Shown here piece after piece: positions 38,749-47,477 of a DNA stretch of 64,000 nucleotides (position 1 is its first letter; each line of letters begins with the position of its first letter). Location: the NCBI GenBank assembly GCA_903859205.1, contig CAIOLM010000018.1:10895-74894 (forward strand). The letters run 5' to 3'. The stretch comes from an uncultured Microbacteriaceae bacterium. GTDB taxonomy: Bacteria; Actinomycetota; Actinomycetes; Actinomycetales; Microbacteriaceae. Made by a program: the position numbers and the translations under genes. The notes under the pieces were generated by a model. The model saw only the letters and a list, made by a program, of their open reading frames with translations. It searched no databases and was not told the DNA's origin.

Positions 38749-39231
38749 ATGGCAGGACTGACTCGACGAGACATCGTGAGCGTCGCCGACGCTCGAAAAG
38801 ATCTCTCCAAGACTCTTCGGCGGTTCAGGCTCGACCCGAACGCCGCCCCGATCGTGCTGGGCAGCCATCGCAAACCCGAGGCAGTCTTGGTCAGTTATGA
38901 GCAGTTCATTGCCGGGCTGGTGCCGGTCGATCGACCAGTGAGTCTGGCCGAGCTACGCGGAAAGGCATCGACCATTCGCACGATGGCTGCGGGGCTAGGA
39001 ATCACGGGGGTCGGTGTATTTGGTTCAGTCGCCCGCGGCGAAGAGACCCTCGGCAGCAACATCGACCTGCTCATCGAGTGCCCGACAAGCTTGAGTCACT
39101 TCGATATCGTCGACTTCGCCGCAGAGGTCGAAGACCTTGTCGGGGCGCGGGTGGATGTTCTGACCCGGGCCGTGCTTGAGACTGACCCCCTGCGCTGGGG
39201 CCAGGTTCAGCGAGACCTCGTCGAGCTCTAG
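38749..39231 (+). CDS. Fusion of a Phd/YefM-type antitoxin-like N-terminal domain with an MNT-type nucleotidyltransferase domain
   Basis: N-terminus: VSVADARKDLSKTLRRF....APIVLGSHRKPEAVLVSYEQF (Phd/YefM pattern). C-terminus: GVFGSVARGEETLGSNIDLLIE (GS-x10-DxD-type motif, but reading N-I-D). Confidence 0.65.
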   Translation: MAGLTRRDIVSVADARKDLSKTLRRFRLDPNAAPIVLGSHRKPEAVLVSYEQFIAGLVPVDRPVSLAELRGKASTIRTMAAGLGITGVGVFGSVARGEETLGSNIDLLIECPTSLSHFDIVDFAAEVEDLVGARVDVLTRAVLETDPLRWGQVQRDLVEL

Positions 39232-40031
39232 AGGCGAACTCGTCGCAGCGCCCGCAGCACGAATCCTCCGACAGCGGCGATGCCGACGACCGTGGTGAGC
39301 GCCCGCACTGTGTCCCAGGTGAGTGTCGAGGTCAGCAGCGTGTACAGACCAAAGCGAGCGATGTTCTCAGCCGGAGCCGCGCCAGCCACATAAGAAAGAG
39401 TGGTGTCAGCGCCTACGGCGAACGGCCAGAACCACAGGTTCATCAATGCGCCAAAGATGTAGGCGGCGACAAGACCGTAACTTGCCAGCAGCGCCAGCTC
39501 ACGCCATCCCCTCAGTCGCCGCAAGGGAAGCAGACCTGCACCCGCGCCAATCCAGGCTGCTGCGAACATTTGGAACGGGGTCCACGGCCCGAGCGATCCC
39601 ATGACCACTGACGAGACCGCGACGGTCAGCAATCCAAGGAGGAATCCAAACCGGGCACCCAAAGCGCGACCCACGAGGATCAACACGATGAAGATGGTTT
39701 CGACGCCAGCAATACCAACGGTCGAGATGCGCACGATTGAGCCAACCGCCGCTAAAACTCCTAAGAGAGCGACGGCTCGTGAGACGCGAAGTGACCGGTC
39801 CAGTGTGAGCGAAACTGCGATGGCCAACAAGGGAATCAGTGCGATTGCAGCGATGGGCACCAGGCCCTGCGCCTCGCGGGGGGCGTAGCTGGCGAAGAAG
39901 GGCCAGAAAAAAGCCGCGGCAGCAAGAAGACTTGCGCTGACGACGAGCCAGCGTTCGAGTCGAATGGCGCGGGGGCGACGCTCGGGCAAGGGCTGCTGAG
40001 AGGGCAGACCGGATGTCACTACCGCGCTCAT
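39228..40031 (-). CDS. ECF-transporter substrate-capture (S) component-like 6-TM protein
   Basis: 267 aa, polytopic. Last gene of the operon with the EcfT/A/A' fusion (4-nt overlap). Confidence 0.55.
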   Translation of the reverse strand: MSAVVTSGLPSQQPLPERRPRAIRLERWLVVSASLLAAAAFFWPFFASYAPREAQGLVPIAAIALIPLLAIAVSLTLDRSLRVSRAVALLGVLAAVGSIVRISTVGIAGVETIFIVLILVGRALGARFGFLLGLLTVAVSSVVMGSLGPWTPFQMFAAAWIGAGAGLLPLRRLRGWRELALLASYGLVAAYIFGALMNLWFWPFAVGADTTLSYVAGAAPAENIARFGLYTLLTSTLTWDTVRALTTVVGIAAVGGFVLRALRRVRL

Positions 40032-41791
40032 GCGTTCACCGCCTGCGCTCGTGCGTTCATCAGTTCGATGAACCCGGCGTCGTGGGAGGCCACTGTCACG
40101 CTTACGTACTCACTGACTCGATTCAACATCTCAACCAGATTGGCGCGAGCCGTGGCATCCAGCCCTCGAGTCGGCTCGTCGATCAGGAGTTGTTCGGGTT
40201 CGGCGGCAAGCGCTATTGCGATTGCCAGGGCGAGCTGTTGCCCCGCTGAGAGATCACGCGGGTGGGTGGAAAACACAGCGTTGTCGAGGGGGATGAGTTG
40301 CCTGACAAGCTTCAGCGTGGTGCCGATTGCGGCACGCGCCGTGTGATCGGACCGCGAACACTCGGCGGCCACGGTGTCGCGAACAAAAAAATCGCCCAGT
40401 GATTCGGGCACGAGCGCAATGCCGGCCGGGTCGGAAAGTGCCATCTTGAAAAGCTTTGTGGTCTTGCCACTGCCGTTGGGCCCGACGAGGGCCGAGATGG
40501 TGGATTCGGCTCGAGCCGGCTGCCCCACGGGGGCTTCGGCGGAGGGTTTGACGCAGGCCTCGGCGCAGGCCTCGGCTGCGACGAGCCGGCCGTCCGCGAG
40601 GTGCCAGCGAGTCGAACCGAGCTGACTCAAGGCTCGCGTGCGATGTTCAGCAACCACAATTGTCATCAGTGTGGTGTGCGCGAGTCGCTCAAGCAAAGTA
40701 ACGACGTGAGTGGCCTGGTTGGCGTCGAGGTCGGCAAGCGGCTCGTCAAGTAAGAGCAGTGTTGGGCGCGTGACCAGGGCAGCACCCAGCGCAACGAGGA
40801 CGGACTCTCCGGCAGAGAGCTCTTCCACCCGCCGAGTGAGCAGTTCATCCAGCCTGAGGGCCTGAACAACTTCACGAAGTCGAACTTCGATCGCCGGCGC
40901 AGGCATGCCCTGCATGCGCAGTGCGAAGGCGAGTTCATCTCTCACGGTGGCGGCTACGAACGAATCCCGCACGTTCTGCCCAACAAACGAGACGAAGGCA
41001 GAGGAGGTCGCGACGGAGGTCGTGAATCGGTCGGCGCCACCGATGCTCAGTGAACCAGTCGCCTGCTCCCGCGAGCCGTGCGTGTGCAAGCCGGCAATCG
41101 CCCGAAGCAGCGTTGACTTTCCCGAACCCGTCGAGCCGGTCAACAGAATCAATTCACCCAGCCGGGCCGACGCCGTTGCCTCGCGAAGAAACCAACGATC
41201 GGAATGAGCCAAGCTCAAATCAGAAAAGTCGAGCGGGGCGCTGCAGTCGAGTTCTGGCTCATGAGCGCTGCGACCGAACCCGCGCGCCTCCATGCTGATG
41301 GCCAGTGTGCTTGACCTCTCGAGTGTGCGTTCAAACAGCGGCCCAAGCACCGAGAGCCAACCGCGTTCCCGGCGCAGTCGGTGCACCTGACGCATCGAGC
41401 GCCAGGTGGTTACGAGGGACGGGTAAGTGCTCACGCCAATCGCTAGGGCCGTGAGAACACCTCGCCCGAGGTGCCACGTCGCTACTCGAGCAAGTGCGTT
41501 GCGAACATCCACGAGCGAGACGAGAACGCCGATGACCAGGATGCCCGCTGCGAACGGGAGGGCATCGAGAAGTGCGTTCCACAGCCCACCGGTAGTGACT
41601 GGGCCGAGGATCGAGATGAAGCGAAAGGGACCATCAAGGTGAAGGGGTCTACCCGAGTAGAGCACCAGCCCTGAGCCGTTCGCACCCAAGAATAGAACGC
41701 GATACACCAGCCGAAGAACGATAAACCCCAGCGCGAACCACGCGGCCGAGCGTGCGGGCGCCCATCGCGAGTGCGTGCGGGAGGCAATCAT
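40028..41791 (-). CDS. Fused ECF module: EcfT/CbiQ-like TM domain + two ABC ATPase domains (EcfA-EcfA')
   Basis: N-terminal ~170 aa has TM segments ending in LAISMEARGF (EcfT coupling-helix Ala-Arg-Gly). ATPase 1: GSTGSGKST, LSAGES, LLLLDEP. ATPase 2: GPNGSGKTT, LSAGQQ, LLIDEP. Confidence 0.8.
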   Translation of the reverse strand: MIASRTHSRWAPARSAAWFALGFIVLRLVYRVLFLGANGSGLVLYSGRPLHLDGPFRFISILGPVTTGGLWNALLDALPFAAGILVIGVLVSLVDVRNALARVATWHLGRGVLTALAIGVSTYPSLVTTWRSMRQVHRLRRERGWLSVLGPLFERTLERSSTLAISMEARGFGRSAHEPELDCSAPLDFSDLSLAHSDRWFLREATASARLGELILLTGSTGSGKSTLLRAIAGLHTHGSREQATGSLSIGGADRFTTSVATSSAFVSFVGQNVRDSFVAATVRDELAFALRMQGMPAPAIEVRLREVVQALRLDELLTRRVEELSAGESVLVALGAALVTRPTLLLLDEPLADLDANQATHVVTLLERLAHTTLMTIVVAEHRTRALSQLGSTRWHLADGRLVAAEACAEACVKPSAEAPVGQPARAESTISALVGPNGSGKTTKLFKMALSDPAGIALVPESLGDFFVRDTVAAECSRSDHTARAAIGTTLKLVRQLIPLDNAVFSTHPRDLSAGQQLALAIAIALAAEPEQLLIDEPTRGLDATARANLVEMLNRVSEYVSVTVASHDAGFIELMNARAQAVNA

Positions 41792-41800
41792 GAGTGCAGG

Positions 41801-42322
41801 CTATCCCGCGGGCGTTGGGGTCGCGCCCCCGGTCGTGAAGACGAGACCAATCGAGTCACCGGCAGAAACCTGCTGCGTCGAGACCCCCTCGCTGGCGTAT
41901 GCCCAGTCCTTTGCCCCCGGCTTGATCCACAGCGCCCAGTAGGCGAACTCAGGAGCCATGTTCGCGCAGGTCTCGCTGTAGGCCGAGTGTCCGGGAACAG
42001 TGAAGGGTTTGTCTGGCGATGGTAGCCCGTTGACGCGGCACACTACCTGGTCACCGTACTTCGCGGTGCCTTCGGTTGTCACACCCACAGCGGCAAGGGC
42101 GTCGGCCACTGTCTGCGTTCCGCCGGTTAGCGGGGCACACGCGTTCACCTCCGCGGCGGCACCAGAGCCACCCAGCAGGTCGAAGTTCACGATCACGCGA
42201 ACGCCAGTGCAGGCGGTTGACCTCGGCGCAGGCGCAGGGGCGGATGCGCATCCGGTGAGTGTGGCCGAGGCGAGGATGCCGAGACTGAGCAGAACGCCGA
42301 GGGCGAACGAACCACGAGACAT
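41801..42322 (-). CDS. DUF4430 (transcobalamin-like C-terminal domain) lipoprotein
   Basis: Trimmed to ATG 42322 (GGAG SD). Lipobox ATLTGC. GVRVIVNFDLLGG...TVADALAAVGV...VCRVNG...YWALWIKPG...WAYASEGVSTQQVSAGDSIGLVFT fits the DUF4430 pattern. Confidence 0.65.
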   Translation of the reverse strand: MSRGSFALGVLLSLGILASATLTGCASAPAPAPRSTACTGVRVIVNFDLLGGSGAAAEVNACAPLTGGTQTVADALAAVGVTTEGTAKYGDQVVCRVNGLPSPDKPFTVPGHSAYSETCANMAPEFAYWALWIKPGAKDWAYASEGVSTQQVSAGDSIGLVFTTGGATPTPAG

Positions 42323-42473
42323 TGTTCTCCAGAGGTGAAAGGTCCAGGTGGACGAGCAACTGGAGGCTTCCGTGTGTTGCGTTGGGACAATTCTACGGCG
42401 CACTTATGGCTTGCACGCTTCGCGCACGAACCCCGGCTCGAGTAGGGGTTTACCCACATGCGGGACTGACCCA

Positions 42474-44489
42474 ATGGGGCGCCTCAGACCTACGATAAGC
42501 CGAGAACATCACAAGGGCGTGTCGCCTATTTTTCTACGAGTGGGGAAGTCTGCTGTGAGTGCAGAACGCAGTTACGGGCGAGGAACCCTTGGCTCTGAAG
42601 CCGAATCCAAGGTGAACGCCAAACCAAAATTCTGGGCGCGCGTGCGTTACGTGTTCGACAACGCTCTGGGAAGCAAGAAGCGATTCGTTGGACTTATCTT
42701 CCTGAGCATGCTTGTGCTTGCCGTCGTGATGACGGGCATTCAGGCGTTGCTCGCCGCCATCTCGTGGCTCAACAACCCGGCACCCGAGCACCCGACATAT
42801 TTCGACCAGTTCTGGGCCGCCTTCACCAAGATTCTTTCGCTCGGTGGTGAGAGCACGTGGTCTGAGCGAATCATCGCCGTTCTCTACTGGGTCATTGCTA
42901 TCGCTGTCACAGGTACCGTCATCGGTTTCATCACCTCGTTGATTCAGCGCACGATGGCGAAGCTGAGCAAAGGTACGAGCCCCATCATGGAGAGCGGGCA
43001 CACGCTCATTCTCGGATGGTCTCCTCGAGTCTTCCCCATCCTCGACGAGCTCGCGTTGGCGCAGGCTAGCGAGCGCCGTCCGGTCGTCGTCGTGTTTGCT
43101 GATGTTGAGCGCAACCTCATGGAAGACGAAATCGCCTCGCGCACGACCCGCAAGGGCAAGCTTCGCATCGTCACACGTCGTGGCAACCTCACCAACCCGG
43201 CCGATGTGACCCGTGCAAATGTTGCCGGTGCCCGATCCATCGTGGTGCTTGATGCAGACAACAACGATGCTCGGGTTCTCACCACGGTGCTTTCTATTCG
43301 CGCCAACGCCGGCGAGGCGCACCCCCCGGTGATTATCGAACTCGAAGACAAGCAGGTTGCGGCGACTCTTGCTGCCGCAACTGACGGTCGAGTCACGGCT
43401 GTTCGTTCGCAGGACATCATCGCCCGTGTCACTGCCCAAGCCTCGCGTGAGCCTGGTCTCGCGGCTGTGGTGCTTGACCTGCTCGACTTCGACGGTGACG
43501 AGCTCTACTTTGCCGCCGCTGGTGAACTCGAGGGCAAGACCTACGCCCAGGCGCAGCTCGGGTTCGAGCACTCCAGTGTTCTCGGAGTGGTTGATGTGCG
43601 CGGTGACGCCGAGCTCAACCCACAGGCATCGCGTGTGATTGCGGCGGGGGAGCAGCTCGTCGTTCTGGCCGAGGACGACTCCGCTATTTCATTCACGGGT
43701 GTGAAAGCGGCGACGCCGTCTACCCCGGTCAAGTCGTTTGCCGACTCCACCAAGGCCAAGCACCTCTTGGTTGTCGGATGGTCGGCGATGGGTCGCGCGG
43801 TGATGAACAACCTCGCTGGCTTCCTACCCAAGGGGTCGAGCATCCACATCGTTGCTCGCACCAAGTTTGTTGACCCAGCCGAGCTGGCCGACTTGTCATT
43901 TGGCGAGGTCAAAGTCACCTACGCCACTATCTCTGGCGATGTCGATGAAGTGATTCGCGAGGCTGAGCGCATCGCCTATGACGAGATCATCTTGCTCGGC
44001 TACCGCAGCTCGATGAGCCGCTCCGAGGCAGATGCCCACACGCTGCTTACCCTCATGCAGATGAACCACATGTTCACCGACGACAGCAACAAGGTGCAAG
44101 CGGCCCGAATTGTGGCCGAGATTCTTGACTCGACTCTGCTGCCGCTGGCCCGTGTTGCCGCAGCCGATGATCTCGTCGTGAGCGACGTACTCGGCGCCCT
44201 GCTGATTTCGCAGCTCTCGGAGAACCCGGCCGTTGCCCCAGTATTCGCCGACCTGATGGATGCCGACGGCGCAGCAATTCGCATGCGCAGTGTTGAGCAC
44301 TTCGCAACCCCGGGCACCGAGGTTTCGTTCGCGTCACTCGTCGCGCGAGGCTCGGCCAGGGGCGAATCGGTGGTCGGCTACCGTGTTGCCGCCGAAGGCA
44401 AGACCGCCAGCAGCGGCGTCTATCTGAACCCGGCTAAGTCACACTCGTTCGTACCGGCCGCTGGCGACAGCATCGTCGTTATCGCATAG
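42474..44489 (+). CDS. CASTOR/POLLUX(DMI1)-type ion channel homologue with tandem RCK-like domains
   Basis: TM/pore region ...FTKILSLGGESTW...IAVTGTVIGFITSLIQ, then GHTLILGWSPR...ARSIVVLDADNNDARVLTTVLSI. This closely parallels the plant CASTOR/POLLUX motifs SHTLILGWSDK...ARAIVVLA....DARALRTVLSL (from memory). The start is uncertain: ATG 42474, GTG 42555 or GTG 42612. Confidence 0.8.
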   Translation: MGRLRPTISREHHKGVSPIFLRVGKSAVSAERSYGRGTLGSEAESKVNAKPKFWARVRYVFDNALGSKKRFVGLIFLSMLVLAVVMTGIQALLAAISWLNNPAPEHPTYFDQFWAAFTKILSLGGESTWSERIIAVLYWVIAIAVTGTVIGFITSLIQRTMAKLSKGTSPIMESGHTLILGWSPRVFPILDELALAQASERRPVVVVFADVERNLMEDEIASRTTRKGKLRIVTRRGNLTNPADVTRANVAGARSIVVLDADNNDARVLTTVLSIRANAGEAHPPVIIELEDKQVAATLAAATDGRVTAVRSQDIIARVTAQASREPGLAAVVLDLLDFDGDELYFAAAGELEGKTYAQAQLGFEHSSVLGVVDVRGDAELNPQASRVIAAGEQLVVLAEDDSAISFTGVKAATPSTPVKSFADSTKAKHLLVVGWSAMGRAVMNNLAGFLPKGSSIHIVARTKFVDPAELADLSFGEVKVTYATISGDVDEVIREAERIAYDEIILLGYRSSMSRSEADAHTLLTLMQMNHMFTDDSNKVQAARIVAEILDSTLLPLARVAAADDLVVSDVLGALLISQLSENPAVAPVFADLMDADGAAIRMRSVEHFATPGTEVSFASLVARGSARGESVVGYRVAAEGKTASSGVYLNPAKSHSFVPAAGDSIVVIA

Positions 44490-44496
44490 GCGCATC

Positions 44497-47454
44497 ATGT
44501 TCAAACGTCGTCGCACCCTCGCTATTCGCGCGTTCGCCGCCACCTTCGGGCTGAGCTTCGCGGCGCTCCTCGCTGTCGGTGGGGGCTCTCCGGCCATGGC
44601 GAGCAATACGCTCAGCGCGGGTTCTGGCACGCTCACAATCAATGAGGGCGATGCGGCAACGGCGCTCGCTCCGGCCGCGTCAATCGGCGGCTCCGACAAA
44701 CTCTTCGACACCTACATCGAGGCGTCTCTTGATGCCGGAACAAAGTACGACGTCATCGGACTCACGACCACCGACACCCCCAACACCGCCAGCGGCGCTG
44801 TGTCGATCAAGGATGGCGTTGTCTACGTTGGCGACGGATCGCACGCGCGCCGCGTCGGTGAGGTCGATTCCACCAAGACCGGAGGGGTCAACAAGACTCT
44901 GCGCATCAACTTCGACAGCGAGTTTTTGAGCAACCCCGACTTCCGTGCCGGAAACACCTCGGGCTGGACCACTGTCGAACAGCGCATCAACCTTGGAACG
45001 GACCTCATCGCGGGCTTCCAGTCGTACGACCCGCGCGAGGGTGCCAGCGGGTTCACCGGGCGCACGACTCCTGACCAAGATGACGACGGAAGCACCACGT
45101 ACCCCTCGAATAACAACTTGGTTGAGGCCGTAGCCGGTGGATCCGATTACCGCATCGGCATGACGACATATGTTGATGCAGATGTGACGTCGACGGACAC
45201 GGTCTTTAACACGCTCGGGGCATACACCGACCCATTCACGGCTCACGCTGGTGAAGTCGTGTCATTCACCTACCGAAACTGCACGCCGACCGACTGCTCG
45301 CAGAGCGCCGAGAGCACGGGCAATCCGGCCTTCCGGCTGTGGGTTGCGCTCGAGCGCGTCGATGGCTCCATGGCTTACACGCAACGCTGGACCAAAATCC
45401 TCGACTGGGAGACCGACCAGAACACGAACTGGTTCGATGAGAGCGGTGTGATTCCAGCCACGGGCCAGTACAGAATCGTCGTCGTGAGCGGAGCCTCATG
45501 GGCCGCGGCAAACGCGGGTTCCCACCGCATCGCCAAAACCCAGTTCCGCCTCGACGACTTCAAACTGACCCCGACCATCACGACGACAATCGGTCAGCAG
45601 GTTCTGCGCCTCATCACGTACCAGAACACGTCTAAGCAGCCGGCGGCGTCCACCACGGTGAACCTCACGCTTGGCAATTCAAGCGGTGTCATTGCAACCG
45701 CCCCAGTGACTGTTGGCGTGACTGACGACCCGTCGACATCGAACCCGGTGGCCCCAGTGCCAGCGCCAAAGCCGAGCGCGTCTGCCAGTGCTGCTCCGGT
45801 CAGCCCGGTGACTCCCGTTCCTCCGGCCCCGCCTGCCGAGCCGACTCCGAGCGAGCCCACCCAGCCGACACCGGCCGAACCCGCTGCCGCTGCGCCGAGC
45901 GTTGCAGATGCCGTGGCGGCGTTCTTCGCCGACCCTGCGGCAAATCTGGGCGCACTCGCCGCAGCATTATTCGCCCCGCCGAACATCAACCTTGATGTTG
46001 CTGGTGCGGTTGCTAATCCTGCCCTGGGTGCATCCGGCGATGACGCTGCCGCGCCGGCAGCGTTTGACGCCATGTCATCGCCCGAGTCAATCAAGGCCAT
46101 CAGCGAGAAAGCCGTGATGGCCGCAGCTATGGCCGGTGCCGTGGCTGGCGCTGCCGCTGCTGGTGGAGGCAGCAAGGGTGGCGGGTCCAGCGAGGGTGGC
46201 GGGTCCAGCGAGGGTGGATCCGGCGGTGGTTCTGCCGATGGCGGCGGTCAAGGCTTCGATGCACTCGAGGTCGGCTCCGACGAAATTTCCCTGAGGGGTT
46301 CCGGTTGGGGAGACCGACTTCCCCTGCTTGCCCTGGCTCCAGTGGCAGCCCTCGACGGCGTCAGTAAACGCTCGGCTCGGCGCATCGCTCGCGTGAGCCC
46401 CATGTTCGCCAAGCTCATCACCGACGGCGCGTATGTGCGCGCCATATTCGGCATATTCACACTCGTACTGCCGCTCGTCGCGGTCGTTGCAGCAGCCGTC
46501 GGGCTTGCCGTCACGGGTGGCGCACTGGCATCGATTCCTTGGGTCGTCATGGTCACGATTGTTGTCGTAGGCGTATTCGATGCCGGCGCCGGGTTCATGG
46601 GCGCTCTCGTTCTCATTATTGGCTCGATAGCGGCCAAAGGCTGGCCCGACATCGCGAACCTGCGCATGCTCGTTGGCCTTCTCATGATCAGCATCGGCCC
46701 AGGTCTTCTTATGACGGCTTTCCGTCGCTTGCGTCGCGAACCACAGCCTGGCTTCGCCGGTGCCTGGGAGCGCATTAGCGACTTCGCTATCGGTCCATTT
46801 ATGGCTGGCACGGTTGTCTCGACGAGCGTGTCAGTCATCCCTGCGGTTTCAGGTCTGACCATGCCAATTGCCAATCACGTGTTGGGCTTTGGCCTGCTCG
46901 CGGCCTTGGCAGCCGCCATCCGCGTTTGGTTGGAAGAGATCGCACTCAAGGGATACCCAGCCAGGCTTGCGGCTAACAACCCAGCATCCTTGCCGGAGCC
47001 ACACTTGGCTCAGAAGGTGTTCCGCCTGATCGTCTCGTATTTCGTGTGGGTACTCATCACCGGAGCAATCATCGGACCGGTCTGGCAGTCATGGGTTGGC
47101 TCGCTCTTCTTCCTGCTTCCGGCAGTAATCGGACTGGCAGCTGAGCGCTTCCCGAACTCGCACTGGCTGTGGCGCCTGATTCCAACCGGAGTGCCCGGGC
47201 TGGCCTTTGGCGTGATTCTCTCGCTCATCACGGCGATGACGATGCTTGCCTTCGCCGGAGCAAATCCCGCGTTTGCCCAGTGGGTCATTGTGATTCTGCC
47301 GCTTCCCGCCTTGGCACTGAGCATCATGAGCATGTTTGCCAAGCATGGCAAAACCCAAGACGAGGTGCGCTGGTCGAAGCGCAATGCTTGGCTTTACCGC
47401 ATCGGCGGCATCGTGATGTTGCTGATCACGCTTCGCCTGATGGGGGTCATGTAA
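44497..47454 (+). CDS. 985-aa chimeric protein: signal peptide + adhesin/jelly-roll-like extracellular region + Pro/Thr and Gly/Ser linkers + C-terminal ~9-10-TM domain of unrecognised family
   Basis: Signal peptide MFKRRRTLAIRAFAATFGLSFAALLAVGGGSPAMA. CBM/galactose-binding-like motif NPDFRAGNTSGWTT. Adhesin-type module ending LRLITYQNTSKQPAASTTVNLTL. PT-rich stretch at ~45740-45890. GGGSS repeats with an 18-bp tandem duplication at 46177-46212. Hydrophobic helices run from ~46400 to the end. Confidence 0.7.
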   Translation: MFKRRRTLAIRAFAATFGLSFAALLAVGGGSPAMASNTLSAGSGTLTINEGDAATALAPAASIGGSDKLFDTYIEASLDAGTKYDVIGLTTTDTPNTASGAVSIKDGVVYVGDGSHARRVGEVDSTKTGGVNKTLRINFDSEFLSNPDFRAGNTSGWTTVEQRINLGTDLIAGFQSYDPREGASGFTGRTTPDQDDDGSTTYPSNNNLVEAVAGGSDYRIGMTTYVDADVTSTDTVFNTLGAYTDPFTAHAGEVVSFTYRNCTPTDCSQSAESTGNPAFRLWVALERVDGSMAYTQRWTKILDWETDQNTNWFDESGVIPATGQYRIVVVSGASWAAANAGSHRIAKTQFRLDDFKLTPTITTTIGQQVLRLITYQNTSKQPAASTTVNLTLGNSSGVIATAPVTVGVTDDPSTSNPVAPVPAPKPSASASAAPVSPVTPVPPAPPAEPTPSEPTQPTPAEPAAAAPSVADAVAAFFADPAANLGALAAALFAPPNINLDVAGAVANPALGASGDDAAAPAAFDAMSSPESIKAISEKAVMAAAMAGAVAGAAAAGGGSKGGGSSEGGGSSEGGSGGGSADGGGQGFDALEVGSDEISLRGSGWGDRLPLLALAPVAALDGVSKRSARRIARVSPMFAKLITDGAYVRAIFGIFTLVLPLVAVVAAAVGLAVTGGALASIPWVVMVTIVVVGVFDAGAGFMGALVLIIGSIAAKGWPDIANLRMLVGLLMISIGPGLLMTAFRRLRREPQPGFAGAWERISDFAIGPFMAGTVVSTSVSVIPAVSGLTMPIANHVLGFGLLAALAAAIRVWLEEIALKGYPARLAANNPASLPEPHLAQKVFRLIVSYFVWVLITGAIIGPVWQSWVGSLFFLLPAVIGLAAERFPNSHWLWRLIPTGVPGLAFGVILSLITAMTMLAFAGANPAFAQWVIVILPLPALALSIMSMFAKHGKTQDEVRWSKRNAWLYRIGGIVMLLITLRLMGVM

Positions 47455-47477
47455 CCCACCTTGCGGTTTTTCTCCCG

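Noticed and set aside
42323-42620. Possible cobalamin riboswitch upstream of the DUF4430/ECF operon (minus strand)
   Set aside because: I reverse-complemented and read the region. There is no B12 box (GCCACTG) or the usual flanking conserved stretches, and no TPP-like CUGAGA...ACCUGAU core either. Only short, unconvincing hairpins are present. An Infernal scan is needed to be sure.
46177-46217. 18-bp tandem duplication ggtggcgggtccagcgag x2
   Set aside because: It is real, but it lies in frame within the Gly/Ser linker of the 985-aa protein (GGGSSE x2). This is linker expansion, not a separate element.
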